NCBI GenBank assembly: GCA_964016885.1
Contig: OZ024743.1
Span: 248,496,001-248,560,000 of the forward strand
DNA: 64,000 nt
Reading direction: 5' to 3'
From: Eledone cirrhosa
Lineage: Eukaryota
In this document: piece by piece, positions 17,081 through 31,437 of the stretch
Numbering within the stretch: position 1 is the stretch's first letter
How the letters are laid out: each line of letters starts with the position of its first letter
The notes under the pieces: model-generated
Told to the model about the DNA's origin: nothing
The model's database searches: none
The model's input: only the letters and a program-made list of their open reading frames with translations
Position numbers and translations under genes: made by a program

Positions 17081-19109
17081 AGACACATGTGAGTTTACAA
17101 AAAGAAATTGCAAAAATTGAAAGTTGTCTCCAAACATAGACCCAAGTTTTTCTCATCCTTTAAAAACCTTAATTCTAATTTACCATATGTATTATAATAC
17201 AAGTTGCATCCACCTCCAGTTAGTTTTCATTTACCCACCAAAAGGTTTCAACCTCAGATGTGTAGAGCTGACCATTAGAGCTTTTTAGCCAATATAATAT
17301 GTTTTTTTTTAATGGCTTTATCAAAGAAGAAAGAGCAGGGTCTCTAAAGAGGGAGAGGAATTATCTTTAAACCAGAGACCTGGCTTGAATATTTACAATA
17401 AGGTGAACTCTGATAAATGTACCCACGAATCAGGTAGTTGTGTGAAACTGGGTGACAGATTAAGTCTGCTACCTAAGAACATGAATAGTCCTCACAACTC
17501 AATGCTATGGTAATGCCACACAGTGGAATCAAACCTGAAACTATATAATTTCCAAGTGAACTTCATAATGATATAGCCATTCTTGCTGCGTAACATTTAT
17601 TGATTATTTGTAATATAATTAAGAACCGATGAGTCATTCCTATCCGAAAGGTATGTCTTTAACCGCAATAGTTCACATCAAAGGTTCTATATCCATGTTA
17701 TTGATTTACTAACCTAATCGATATTCTTCTACTATCCTCATTCTTATTGAACATCATCAGAGACAGCTGGTGTGTAAAATCACTGGATAACATATGTAAT
17801 ATTAACTCGTTTTCAAGAAGCAACTGACTAGTAATCTCTATAATGCATTAAAATACGTTGCATTTTGCATGGAAATAGAGTTAATCTTGGCACAGTGATG
17901 CAGTTAGAATGACATTTTTATGAAGCAACCAAAGTGTTGTTTAAGGGAACCCTTTTATGTGAGATTGAAAAACATACTATTTCCTATTTGCGAGAAAATA
18001 CTGGATATTAAATAATATAGTTGGTGGAGTTATTCATTCATTTGTCCGGATAAAATAAACATGCCCGAGAGGAGTTTTAAGGAGATAGAAATGGATAAGG
18101 TTAAAAAAAATGAATACACTCTTCATTTATATCACAGATGAGTTGTAAATAAGTCAAACATCTAGTTATTAATCTCCGTAAATTATATACTAGAGAAAAT
18201 AAAATATATATAATATCTAAGTGACCATATTACACCCTTCAAACATGTACAAGCTAAATATTTTACATATAAATCTGCAGATTTCCTCTCTTCTATACAC
18301 TGAATTCATTCTCCCTTCCTCTACCTTTCTTTCCCATATACTCTTACTTACACATATACAAGTATAACTAAATACAATTTCATCTACTCAAACAAAACAC
18401 TATAGTTCAAATATGTATGTATGCCTTTCTTCACTGCCAAACATACCCCTGCACAAATACACTTAATACCAGCATTCATTTATAATGAAATAAACACAAA
18501 ATCATATAACTATTACATCACTACACACACAAGCCACAGAATCATACAGTTACTACTAAATGAGACCTTTACACTGCTGCAGATTTATAGATCCCAATTA
18601 ACTACAATAGCTAAAAAGATAATAACAATAGATAGATATTCATCTATTTCAATGTGATAGCCACATTGCTAGCTTCTGGTTTAAAGATAACTTCCTCTCC
18701 CTCCTCATATCAGCTTAAGAGATCAACAAGAGATCATTTGGCTCCAGCAAGGAAAAATGGAGTTTCATGTTTGTCTTTTCTAAAGACATTAGCAACATTT
18801 GTGAGCTGAAACAGCTACAACCAACAAAACAGTGGATCCCAGCCATGGAGTTTACCTTACTATGTACTCTACTGTACTAGACATATTAAGTTACATTACT
18901 TATATTAATAGCTTAGATTAACTTGAATATTCATGGTGGCAAATCAATGTTAGCAGACAAAAGAATATAAAAACATGATTTCAATATTATGTGCTGACTG
19001 CAGCAGAACAGAAAAGAGATCAGTTGTTTATTGCATACATTAACAAGCTGATAAGATTATATATGGATGGTTGAGTGAATTCAGTTAACAACTTTTTGTT
19101 TTAAGAGAC

Positions 19110-19565
19110 TCATCATCATCATTGTTTTGCATCCACTTTTCCATGTTTGCATGGGTTGGATGGTCTTTTCCAGCACAGAATCCTTCCCCTCATTGCAGTC
19201 CTCCATCATCACTTTTGTGAACTTCAGTGATTTGGGATCAGGCTTCACAACCTCTGCCCAGGTCTTCCTTGGTCTCCCTCAACTACAGCTTTCTTCTGCT
19301 GGGATTTCTTGGCACTTTTCTACCTAATGATTATCATCCAAATGCATCACATGTCCATACCACCACAGTTTTCTCTCCTGCACACTACATCTGGTTCCTC
19401 TTATACTTTTCTCTCAGCTCATTGATGTTTCATTTTTCTCCAGTCTTCACACATCTGCATTCACTGACCATGTCTTACAGCCATGCAACATAACCCATGT
19501 GCATCATACAGCCAACCTTTCATTCATAGAGACATCTTTTGTTGTCAACAGAGGTAGCATCTCAT
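19110..19565 (-). mobile_element. RTE LINE 3' fragment, decayed
   Basis: Similar by eye to 1600-2120 of RTE-A; (CAT)n tail on the plus strand. Confidence 0.75.
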
Positions 19566-19910
19566 CATTCATTTCATTTCATTTCATTTTACGTCCGCTT
19601 TTTCCCTGCTTGCAAGGGTGGGACGGGAACTGATTCTGGCTTGATTTCAACAGCTGGATGCCCTTCCTAACACCAACCTCATTTACAGTGAGTGCTGGGT
19701 GCTTTTTTGCCGTGGCACCTCCACGTCCACTTTGCAGTGGAATGATAGGGACCCCAGTCCCTATCATCTCATTTCTACAGCTGAGTAAACTGGAGCAATG
19801 TGAAATAAAGTGTCTTGCTCAAGGAAACAACACATCGCCCAGTCCGAGAATTGAACTCACAACCTTTCGATTGCAAGGTCAATGCTCTAACCACTAAGCC
19901 ATGTGCCTCC
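19566..19910 (-). mobile_element. tRNA-CORE SINE with RTE-derived middle and 3' tail
   Basis: A box TGGCTTAGTGG, B box GAGTTCAATTC, CORE-like CCTTGAGCAAGACACTTTA..CAGCTGTAGAAATG, 3' end matching RTE-A, (GAAAT)n tail. Confidence 0.9.
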
Positions 19911-20789
19911 ATATATATATATATTTGCCAGGTGATCCTATAGTGACTAACAGACATTATAAAACATCAAAAGCCACACCAGGGATGATTTGTTGTAAAA
20001 TAGTTAACTGGTTTCCATTGCCCATAACATGCTGATGAGAAGTCTCTGAGAAATTTGTCAAGTGGAACAGAACTGTTCTCAGATTAATTGAAGGGGACCT
20101 CTTTTCAAAATTCAAGGAAGCTGAGAATTTTTTTTCTTTAGGCAGGGCCATCAATTATTCATGGGCCTCATCTTAGCTCACAAAATCCCAACTGATGTAC
20201 CAGCAGAATCCCTTCTCTTATAGGCCCTGAGAAGTTGTATCATATAAAGGTGATAGGTTGTTGGCCTACTTACCAAAAAGCATCCGTTTACTTTTCTAAC
20301 ACTATGTCTATAATTAAAATGCTTTACTATTGTTGCGATCATACATTTGTGTGTATGTATATATGACATGCATTTGTAAGGTGTGGCTGTATTATAATTG
20401 CTGACAAAAGCCAGTGAATATTAAGAAAAAATGTTTACTAATCATGTTTACTTTCATATTTCTATCTAACACTCAAGGTGTTAGATAGAAATATGAAAGG
20501 GAAGGGTTAATGGTTGAATAAACTCAAACAGCTGGTGGCTAGTTGTCAGAAAAAGAATGTTTACTATCATGTAAAAAAAAAAAATATATAAGTATTTGGG
20601 CTTTTCGGTCTATTACCTATGCCTTTTGTATTTCCACATTTTCATAAATCTAATCAATAACCTTCAGGTAAATATACCTAAACTAAAAACACACACACAC
20701 ATACAAACTTACATTCAATCTCTTTCTCAAACATATACACACAGATATATGTGTGTAGGTGTACATGTGTATACCTATATACACATTAA

Positions 20790-20972
20790 TTGTTTCTACT
20801 TTTGGCACAAGGCCAGCAATTACCTAGTACATTACTGGTACTTTATCGACCCCGTAAGGATGAAAGGCAAAGTTAACCTCGGCAGGATTTGAACTCAGAC
20901 CGTAAAGAGACGTAACTATGCTGGAAAGCATGGTATCCGACTCTCTACCGATACTGTCAATTCACCGCCCCT
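20790..20972 (-). mobile_element. Meta-domain-type tRNA SINE
   Basis: ctggtactttatcgaccccgtaaggatgaaaggcaaagttaacctcggcaggatttgaactcag; reverse complement of the copy at 60115-60330. Confidence 0.75.
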
Positions 20973-21074
20973 TCATACCTATATACACATTAATGAAAGC
21001 TTGTAAGTATATATGCATGTGTGTGTGCTATACATCCTCACACACATCAAATACATATGCTTACACATATACAT

Positions 21075-21972
21075 ACATAATGCAACAATGGACACAATGC
21101 AACAATGGATCACAGACTGGCAACTCAAGCTAGCTGTGGACAAGTGCACCACCATGCATTTTGGGAGTAAAAACCCAGCGTCCACATACTCCCTTCACAA
21201 CACTAATATCAAGAAGTTTTCTTGTGAACATGACCTGGGCATTATGGTCAGCAGCGATTTGAGTTGGACGAAGTACGTCTCTAAAATTGTCAAGAAGGCC
21301 GAGGGTGTCTTAGCATCACTCAGCAAGACCTTTGTCAGCCGCTCTCCAGCTATCTATTTAAAGCTGTATATGGCTATGGTGCGGCCACACTTAGAATTTG
21401 CATCACCAGTCTGGAACCCCTATCTTGCTCAGAACATTGACTGCCTGGAAACTGTTCAGAGACGTGCAACCAAGCGAATACCCTCCATCAGGCATCTACC
21501 ATACTCTGAACACCTTGCTTCCCTGGGCATGGATACATTGAAGCTCCGACATCTGGCAACTGACTTGGTAAACACCCACAAAATTATTAACCATCTTGCC
21601 AACAACAACCCTGAGTACCTTTTTGATTTCCATGTGTCTAACACATGTGGGCATGCCCACGAAGTCAGAAAACAGCACTTCCCATGACTTTCGGAAACAT
21701 TGTTTCACGCTCAGAGTTGCTGAAGCATGGAACAAACTACCTGCATCAGTTGTTAGCTGTCGAAACACTGCATCCTTTAAAACCTCCATGCTTCCCGAGA
21801 TTCGCCAACACTACACCTAATATTCCCCCTCCATACACATACACACATGTATATCATGACTCATACACTATTCACTTCCCTGACATTTGTATATTATTCT
21901 ATGTACTATACATGCACCTTTGACGAGTTGTAGTGCACCTGAGCACTTTACACAATAATTTTATTATTATTA
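21075..21972 (+). mobile_element. CR1-clade LINE 3' fragment
   Basis: KCTTMHFG, HDLGIMVSSDLSW, VRPHLEFASPVWNPY, LETVQRRATK, then frameshifted FTLRVAEAWNKLP; (ATT)n tail. Confidence 0.88.
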
Positions 21973-22979
21973 TACACAATAATATTCAACATTATTATTA
22001 TATAGAAACCCTGGAGCAAAGGGACTCAACCCTATTAAGGTCCACACACAAATAAATGAGCCAAAGAGATCATTCAATCTGCCAAACAAAGTAGCCAAAT
22101 CATCCTCAAATCACACTTTGCTGGCTTAAAAGACAGAAAAGTAACAACATTAGATAGAATATATGATATATTTATTATATATTTATGATTGGAATGTGTT
22201 TGATGATAAGTCTACATGATTGGAGTTGACCTGGGACTAAATAATAACAGCAATTCACTATAATATACATTGTATGTTTGCTTCACCAAGACTGACTTGC
22301 TGCTGCCACTGCCACCAACACCAACACAACAACAACAGCAGCAGAAGCAGTAACAACAACAATGACAATAACAACAGCATGATAGTATTTGAATGTATAA
22401 CATATTAATACCTCAAGTTTAATATTTAAAATATAATAGGATTTTGAAAATGTTTGAGAGAAATTTATTTGATTGTTTGTTATAAAATAGATGAAGAAAC
22501 TAAGAAAATCTTATTGTCCAAACATGTAGAATTAGATTTGAAATAAACAAAGGAATAATGTCTTCCACAAATGTATTATTGAAAAGGTGATGTTTTATTA
22601 TTCTCCAGTGAGCATTTTGAATGCAATAATATACGTATGGAGGAATGACAATATTAAAATGATGACTTGACTTCAACTTTTATCTGTGTGGTGAATTAGC
22701 AGAGCCATTTGGCCTATTGAATTAAATGCTTTGGTATTTGTTTTGGCTCACTGCAGTCTGAGTTCAAATCTCACCATGGTCAACTTTGCCTTTCATTCTT
22801 TTTATCATCATCATTTCAGGTTTGTTTTCCCTGCTAACAAAGGTCAGAAAGATCATCATAAACCAAGTTAGTGCTTAATCACAGCTACTGTTTTCACAGA
22901 GTGCATTCTGCATTTTATCATGGCACCAGTATTAGGGAAGTCATCATATCTTTAACACAACTAAAAAGACCTCTCTACC

Positions 22980-23170
22980 CTCTGTTTAGCAAACCAGAAT
23001 TCTCTTACCTCTTTTTGTTCAAACCGATCATAACTGGCTGTTCATACTGATAAGTTATTGTTCTCAAAATAAATAATATCAAAATCTCATAGATTCAATA
23101 TTATGTGAGATAAAGTCTTTTCTGTGAAAATACAATAGTATATATATAGAATAATGTAAATGCTAACGGA
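22980..23170. mobile_element. Decayed copy of the piggyBac-type MITE
   Basis: Internal sequence gttctcaaaataaataatatcaaaatctcatagattc shared with the intact copies. Confidence 0.65.
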
Positions 23171-23239
23171 GTAGCCTGAGTAATTCCTTGCTTATCTAAA
23201 AAAAATTCTTAATAATTGTCTGTAATACAGTGTTAATGC

Positions 23240-24945
23240 TAGGAATTTGGTGGCAGAGTTTAGCTGATTAAATTGACTCCAGTGCATGATTGGTGCTTTA
23301 TTTTATCAACTCTGGAAGAATGACAAAGTTGACCACAGCAGGATATGAAATAAGATTGTAAAATGATGAAATAAATACAAAAAAGCATTTGTCTGATGAT
23401 CTACTCTGCCCATACATATTTTGTTTTTTAATTTAGGCACAAGTTCAGTAATTTGATGAGAGGGTTTAATTGACCTCAATAGATGGCTGTAGAAATGAGC
23501 TGTGATGTGACTGGTGCCAAGCTGTATCAGCCTTAACCTTTCCCTTGGACAACTTCAGTGGCGTGGAGAGGGAAGACTGGTATGCAAGTGATGGTTTTCC
23601 TCAAACAAGCTTCCCTGGACTTGTGCCTCAGAAAGGAACTTTCTAGGTGCAAATCCCATGGTTATTCATGACTGAAGGGGTTCCTTATTTTTATTTTACA
23701 TGGCTGGTTGTTTGTTTTATCGACACAGAAGGATAAAAAGTAAAGTTGACTTCAGTGGAAATTGAACACAGGATGTAAAGAGCCACAACAAATACTACAA
23801 AGCATTTTTTTTCAGCATTCTAATGATTCTATAAATTTAATACCTCTTTCAATAATTTTTGGCATAGACATAAGGAAAGAATTCTTTTCTTTTGTGAGAC
23901 AGGAGGGGGGAGGGGGTAGTACTTAATATTAACTACAGTAAATGACTGGTACTTTATTTCATCAATCCAGGAAGGCTGAAAAACAAAGTTGACCTCAGCA
24001 ATATTTGAATTCAAAATGTAAAGAGCTGGTACATATCCCACAAAGCATTTGGTCTAAGTCTCTAATGATTCTGGGAGAGGGACAGTCATGTATATTTTAT
24101 TGATCCGAGAAGGATGAAAGGTAATTTTAATCTCAGATGTAAAGAGAGGGAACAAATATTGATTTTTAGTTTAGGCACAATGCCAGCAATTTGAGGAGGA
24201 AGGAAAGTTGATTACATCAATCCCAGTATATGACTAGTACTTTATTTTATTGACACCAGAATGATGAAAAGCAAAGTTTACTTCGGCCAGATTTTAATTC
24301 AGAACATAAAGGGCCATAGCTAAATGCTGCAAAACATTTTACTCTATGCTCTAATGATTCTGCCAATCCACCACCCATTTTAATAAATTCTAACATAGCC
24401 ACAAGGCCAGAAATATTTTTGGAGAGTAGGTAAGATGAGATTGGTTGAATATATTAATCATTTCATTTTACGTCCGCTTTTTCCCTGCTTGCTAGGGTGG
24501 GACGGGAACTGATTCTGGCTTGATTTCTACAGCTGGATGTCCTTCCTAACACCAACCTCATTTACAGTGAGTGGTGGGTGCTTTTTTGCCGTGGGACCTC
24601 CACGACCACTTTGCAGTGGAATGATATGGACCCCAGTCCCTATCATCTCATTTCTACAGCTGAGTAAACTGGAGCAATGTGAAATAAAGTGTCTTGCTCA
24701 AGGAAACAACACATCACTCGGTCTGAGAATTGAACTCACAACCTTTCGATTGCAAGGCCAATGCTCTAACCACTAAGCCATATGCCTCCTATATATGATT
24801 GGTTATTATTTTTTTATCAACCCAAGAAAGATGAAAGGCAAAGTCGATCTTAATGGGATTTACACTCACAATATAAAGAGCTCGTACAAATACTATAAGG
24901 AATTTTGTCCCACACTCTAACAATTCTTCCAATCCACCACTTTAC
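23240..24945 (-). mobile_element. Cluster of about six same-orientation Meta-type SINE fragments
   Basis: Repeated tttatc/ttattga..(g)aaag(g)caaagttgac motif near 23300, 23720, 23955, 24100, 24245 and 24815. Confidence 0.65.
24458..24789 (-). mobile_element. tRNA-CORE-RTE SINE
   Basis: Near-identical to 19566-19910. Confidence 0.9.
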
Positions 24946-25509
24946 CATGCCCAATAGTTCTAATGAGGCAGAGTTGGTTCATAAAATGTGTTAATAATCT
25001 CAAGAACAACATTTCTTTCAATGCACATGATTATGCCGACAATATTCAAGTCCATAATACATTGCATATCACTCTTTAATGCAATTCATTCCCATAATGA
25101 AACATCAATTAATAGAGGGATTAAAAATCAATAAATAAGTTCATAAAATTTGAAATAATATTTTTCCCCATGAAATTTTTTATTTAAAACATCATATCAA
25201 TATTTATATTTCTGACAAGGAAAAATGTCTCATTGTTATATTAAATACAATTATATCACTTGGTCATACCAATAATTGTTCATTCACATACATTGGCATC
25301 AGAAAGAATAGTAATTAGTATGTCTTGTTAGATGTATGCCAGTAACAAAAACAGGGAAATTATCTTGCAATAAAGATATATTTTGAAAAGCATTGAGACT
25401 TTACTTCCTATTGATCTCACAAATTTATTCCACCTATTTCAAAATTCTTTTCATATTTGTCCAATTCGTGAGTAATGCTATGAAATTATCACATTGTGTT
25501 TTTAACTTC

Positions 25510-25790
25510 ATAGGACCTCCAAGATCAAAGAGATCAATGCTGTTGACGTTCTGCTTAAACTGTTGCAGGCCCTGTATTTTTGGAAGGTAGTTCTAGAGGG
25601 CTGACATTCTGATCAGGAAGGGCTGGGGTACAGTGAGTATTGCAGGTCTTTGAGGGTTGGACATAACACTGGTGGTGAGAGGAGGAAAGATGGGTTAGTC
25701 AGGAGTGCTTAAGTGAAGGTGACATGAGACTAGCAGAGATGATTGTAGCAGCAGTGGAAAATACAGAGTAGACAGCATGTCTAAGCCAGG
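25510..25790 (-). mobile_element. Old LINE 3' relic (same family as 16090-16690)
   Basis: Shared ttctgcttaaact(a/g)ttgca..ggaa 3' region. Confidence 0.4.
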
Positions 25791-26445
25791 AACAGGAGAG
25801 TCTTTGTCAAATTAAAAATATTTTCCTGGAATTATTCAACTCACACTAGTGTGATGTTTAATTTCATAAATTTCAACAAAACTTGGGAATCAGATCAAAC
25901 TGTGCAAAATACATAAGTACTCTTTAACAAACAACATATCCTCACACACACATTATAAACCAAATATGTTAATTATAAACATAAGACAGAATACTTTAAT
26001 TGATTTCCATTTACCATATCAATTGAAGAAATGAATACCTCTACAAATGTTAAAAATAAATTGCAAAGATAAATTGCTTCAGTGAGGATTGAAACTATAT
26101 TTTATTTTGTATCACTCGAAGGCCATGATTGATCATTTGCCTTTATACAGTTATCCATCCAACCACACGTCATCATCATCATTTAATGTCCATCTTCCAT
26201 GCTAGCATGGGTAGCTGGATATATGCTATACTACAAGAAAATATATGATGATAGTTTCAGAAAATAATCTTTGAGATAATTAGCTAAACATGTCATCATA
26301 AATATTTCATTCAAGTGATATTTTCTTCATTAATTAATTAAATATATCCCCCCCCCCCTTGAGTTCTCAACTCCCGGTAAAGTTGTAGGGGCACCATTGT
26401 CTTAGTCATTTAAACTTTGCAGAGTTTATCTGACTACAGCAGATA

Positions 26446-26487
<42 letters not shown>

Positions 26488-28034
26488 AAGAGAGGTATTA
26501 ATATTTGCTTTGCACTTCCAAAATCGGAATGAATAATTGGATATAAGCTGTTACATCACTGAATCATTGGTTAATCATTTTTTTTCTTCTTACAGATGTT
26601 TATAATCTTCTCTATTATGAGAGAGAGAGAGACAGAGAGAGAGAAAATCGATCCTAGTAGTGGACTTTTACTTATCAATCTCAAAAGAAAATGTGCATAA
26701 AAAATTTTGCTCAGATAAAAAAAATGTAGTCAAGTTTATTTTAAAGTAAATCTTATCAAAAGCATTAATATGAAAGAATAGTTTGTTTCTATGCTAACAC
26801 TAGAATAATATTTTCTAACTTAATTTATGTTTGAGTAACATATAGGATCAATCATGACTTTCGAGAAGTACAAAATAAAATATAGACTCAATCTTTACTG
26901 AAGCAATTTATCTTCACTTGTTCTAAATGTCAGCAATTCCCAATCCTCTCCTCTTAAAATATAGCACATTTCTATCTACTGAAAAAGCAGTCAACAATAT
27001 CTACAATCTGTTATAAAAAATATGAGGGTTGTCATTTAAATTTGCTGGATGTTGGACAATGCCAGGACAACAGAAATTTTAGAGGAAGAAAATGTTCATG
27101 AAAGTATAATTTAAATGTTTAGTTTAATACAATTGTGACTCCAAGTAGGCATATAACAGAAAAAAATCAAGGTTTCTCTTAATAATTACTATAATTACTA
27201 AATGATCTGAAATGATATTAGATCAAGTGTCTGTTTTTTTTTTTTTATTTACATACATGCAAGCTTAAAGCATATCAAATCAGAGTCCCAGTGTCAATTC
27301 CTAGTCAGAATCATTTCAGTTCCTTTACTTTAATTATGATATTGGCAATGTATGAATGTCACAAGTCCGAATATAACTATCTGAAAAAATTAGGATTCAT
27401 GCTTACTTGAAAGGTGAACTGTAAGCCAATTCAGTGTGCCCTTTTATCAAGGTTATAGCTTTTTATTGCATATTATACACTTAAGAAATCAAGACTGAGT
27501 GGTTAAGAAATATACTTTATAATGTTTACATACCAAGTTCCATTCCACTGCACAACACTGGTCAAGTGTCTTCTACCATAACCTCAGGTCACATAACCTT
27601 TTGAATAATACTGGGTAGGCAAGAAGTGTATGGACTGTACTTGTAATTCAAAGGACCATTTTTGTTACACAGTGTTATGTTGAGTTTGCATGTGGATTAT
27701 GTTAACAGTATGAAATCTGAGGAATATTCAGCCACTTACACTATTATTTTATAATACCACTGGTCAAACAACTGAAATACTCATAATTGAAACCAATTTG
27801 AGATCCATCATATACTTAATCAAAATCAACCCACCAAAGTATAAAATTACCTCACTTTACATTTATCAGTCCTGGGAAATGTTGGTCATATGAAAATATT
27901 GATTTAAACCTCAGCCAACTGTGCAGTATAATAATTCAATATCTGTTTTTAATGTGCTAATATATTGATAACTACATGAAATGGACAAATAAAAAGTGTG
28001 ATGGCGTCAGCAAAAGTCACAAATAGAGAAACTA

Positions 28035-28914
28035 AGAGGTCTGTTGAAAAAGTATCCAATCTGAGACTAGGAAAAGAAACTACATACTTGATGGGATTTA
28101 GTTGCTAATTGCTTTTAAAGTAGACCCTTTATACCGCCATACACCTAATCCAGCAATCCTTCCACTGTTTGAATGCTTCTTACAGAGTGGTTCTCAGCTC
28201 TGCCATCATAGTCTGCATGATGTTCTCTCAACTCATAAAGTGAGAATCTTCAGTGGCATCTTCACTTTTGAGAAGAAGAAGTAGTCAGAAGAAGCCATGT
28301 CTAGAGAGTAGGGATCCTGGTGTATCAGCAAAATGCCGTTCTTTGCTAAGAAACCTTAGATTAGTTGCAACAAATGAGTTGGGGTGTTGCTATGATACAG
28401 CTGCCAGTTTTGAAAGGCCCACAGACATGGTCTCTTCCATGAACTGCATCACAATGACATCAGAGGTCTTTCTAATAGTATTATCTTTTAACTGTTTGTC
28501 CTCCTGATCTGTATTTCTGATGCACAATGTCTCAGTAGTCAAAGAAAACAGTCAGTTTTACCTGGATTTTGCTTCACACCTGATATATGCTTTTTTGGCT
28601 TTGGTTATATTGAATGCTTTCACTGTGATGATTGAGTTTTGGTTTCTGGATTGTACCTGTACACCCAGGTCTCAGCTCCAGTTATTACAGTATTCAGGCT
28701 CGTTGTTGACAGTATCGGGCGAAATGAAAATGTGATGAGTAAGTAGTACAACAGCTCAAACTCTTGCTGCCTGACAGTAACTCATACCTCTAGCGAGCTC
28801 GCCAAAAACCATGCATATGAATGTATACAGCACCACTCAGCATATTTTTGTTTCCCTAATGTTATTACTTCCCATGAGAAAAATAAAGTCAGATTACTTT
28901 TTTGACAGACCTTA
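28035..28914 (-). mobile_element. Mariner transposon relic, internally deleted
   Basis: Inverted termini (a)gaggtctgttgaaaaagtatc / attacttttttgacagacct flanked by TA. Minus strand near 28265-28312 reads PYSLDMASSDYFFFSKVK, matching the mariner YSPDLAPSD motif. Confidence 0.8.
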
Positions 28915-30783
28915 TATATTTTTTTATAAATTATACATCTTAGGGTGAAGTTCAAAATGCCCCATTTAAAAAACAAATGTTACCTGGAAGTGTTCTGATA
29001 TTTGTAATGTTTATTTTAAGAATGCTAATTGTGTCTGATATTCTAGAGTCAGGATGTAATAAAATCCATATTAAGTATACATTATGATAAAATTAAATTT
29101 AAAAAAACCATTATTCAAAATATTCAAAATATTCAACAGGAGAATACATAAATTATTATAAAATGTTAAACAAAATATAACAACTTTCTGCTTCAATAAA
29201 AGAAAATTTATATTACAGTGAAATATTTAGAGTTAATTTAATGCTTCCATCTATTTATTCAAAATTGCTTTAAGTATTTCTCATTAAGTCATCCTAAAAC
29301 CGAAGCTGAGGTATTGACGAGGGATTTGCTAGTGATTAATGCAACATTTGCAATTTAAATACTTTGTACAACAATGAAAATATTAAAATACAACAGATAT
29401 AAGTGAAAGTACAGTATTCAGTGGAACAGAGCTGTAAACTAGTTCATATAGCTAATCAGTCAAGCAACATATTTCATGTGCAAGATCATAAATTTCAGCT
29501 GACAACTTAGAAAATAATCTTGACTCTAGACCAGTGCCAAGATTGAATAGTTAACGAGTTCACTTTGCAATCATTAGGTCATTTTCCATAGTCCCAGGTC
29601 AACCCATACCTTGTGTGAAAAACTGGGTTGATGAAAACTGTTGAAAGTTCACTGGATGGACTGTACTTGTAATTCAAAGGGTCAGCCTTGTTACACACTG
29701 TGTCATCCCTCAGAATACTTTGCCACTTACACATTAAATTCATGAGCAGGCTGCTCTGATGATCGAACACCTGAAACACTCATCATGAAAACCAACAGAA
29801 GTTCATTCCACCATTATTACACACCTAAAGTCATATAACACATGGACACAGTGCTTTGATGGATAGCTTGCCAAATAATACGAGCAGTATGGTAGAAATA
29901 ATGTGTTGGTGGATCCTGCCACTTGTTCAACTTTTATATAGTAAACATACATAAATATACCTAATTATTGAATACAGTACAACAGAGAAACATATTTTCT
30001 ATAACTGAAATTTAGTTCCATGGACAGACATCAAACATATATTTATGGTCTACTATGTTATTCTCAGAAAAAAAAAAAAAAAAAAAATGGACTTATAACT
30101 TACAAAGTCTCTTCTTAATGGGAACATAGAAATGATTTGTTTAGTTGGTGTAGTTAAGGTTATTTAACTGTTAATCTATTACATTGGCACAAAGCCACAC
30201 ATTTGCAAAGTATTTATGTAGCTGATTGATTAGACTGCAAGACATCTGATATATATTTTAATCATTTGTGAGTGGAAAATAAAACCCATAAACTTGAGTT
30301 AGGTGTCCAATTTAGAAGATATGAAAACAAAAATGAATACTGTGAAACATCTAATTGTATGTTCTATTGGTGTAAGAAACACTAAGAGGGAGCCTTGACT
30401 TGGTCACTTCACCTGATAGAAATATCAACCAAATCTCCCTCATATTACACTCAACTCTCTTAAGAAAAAAGATACAATGGATATTGCAATCCAAGAAGAG
30501 ATATGTCTGAAAAAAGTGAGATGGTCAGGGCTAGAATGTCTTTGATGATAGGTTTTCTAAATCAGGGATTATTTGGGGCTAAACAACAACTATTCTGTAC
30601 CTATCAATTATTATATTTAGCCATTACTGAGAAGAGTGAACATAGTAAAATAGCATGTGAGTTTCCAGTATTTGTGACCCAATTTCACTTCTTGTAATTA
30701 TGTTTCTATATTAATGACTTTGTTTGTGACAACTCCACATTACTCATATATATTCTAGCAGGGGATTTAAATAGACCTTAAAT

Positions 30784-30854
<71 letters not shown>

Positions 30855-30924
30855 CATCGTTTAATGTCTACTTTTCCATGCTTGCATGGGTTGGACAGCA
30901 TATATATATATATATATATATATG

Positions 30925-31265
30925 TTCAGAACCATCCTCAGCATTCTCGTGTGTAGCAGTATACACTGAGGATGAAAAACTCAGAGCTGTATGGGAGATT
31001 CCCAAAAGTCAGTTCAAAAGTGACACAGAGGAGACTGAGGTTAGCTGGACATGCTCACCGACATCCAGAGTTGACATTGCACTCAGTGCTCCTATGGGAG
31101 CCCCTACATGGACACACTGGAAGAGGAAGACCAAGGTTGACGTATGTTGATGTCCTAAGGACAGACACTGGTCTGTTGGAGACGCAGGACATGGCAGCGA
31201 TAATGAGGGACAGAGACCGCTGGAGAGAACTCGTCCATGGATCTCGGGAATTTTACCCGCCCTAG
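30925..31265 (+). mobile_element. RTE-clade LINE 3' fragment (distinct family) inside a TA tract
   Basis: RRLRLAGHAHRH..LLWEP.HG..GRGRP..TYVD..RDRDRWR. Confidence 0.8.
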
Positions 31266-31378
31266 ATAGATATATATATATATATATATATAAGCCCTGG
31301 GTTCAATCGGGGGTAACCACAGTAAGTAAGGTAATCAATACATTAGTAGAGTATATACAAAATTTAATATAGAAATGG

Positions 31379-31425
31379 CTTCTACAAGACTAGAAGTGTT
31401 TCATTCAAAGGAAATCATCAGGAAA
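31379..31425 (-). ncRNA. Minimal type I hammerhead ribozyme motif in a ~140-bp TA-flanked insert (31292-31430)
   Basis: Minus strand tttc-CTGATGA-t-ttc-cttt-gaa-t-GAAA-C-acttctagtctt-GTA-gaag, followed by ATTAAA. Confidence 0.55.
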
Positions 31426-31437
31426 GTCTTATATATA

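Noticed and set aside
17630-17770. Decayed hammerhead candidate on the minus strand (tgtct-CTGATGA ... GAACTATTGCGGTT-aaagaca)
   Set aside because: GAAA is incomplete, stem II is unclear and the cleavage register is off by one; at best a dead relic.
19840-19910. tRNA-like sequences at SINE heads (also 24720, 31760, 32924, 33387, 56387)
   Set aside because: A and B boxes are present, but they are SINE heads without a proper acceptor stem, not tRNA genes.
29750-29790. CTGATGA...GAAAC motif
   Set aside because: No stem II or stem I pairing; it lies in an old SINE-like remnant.
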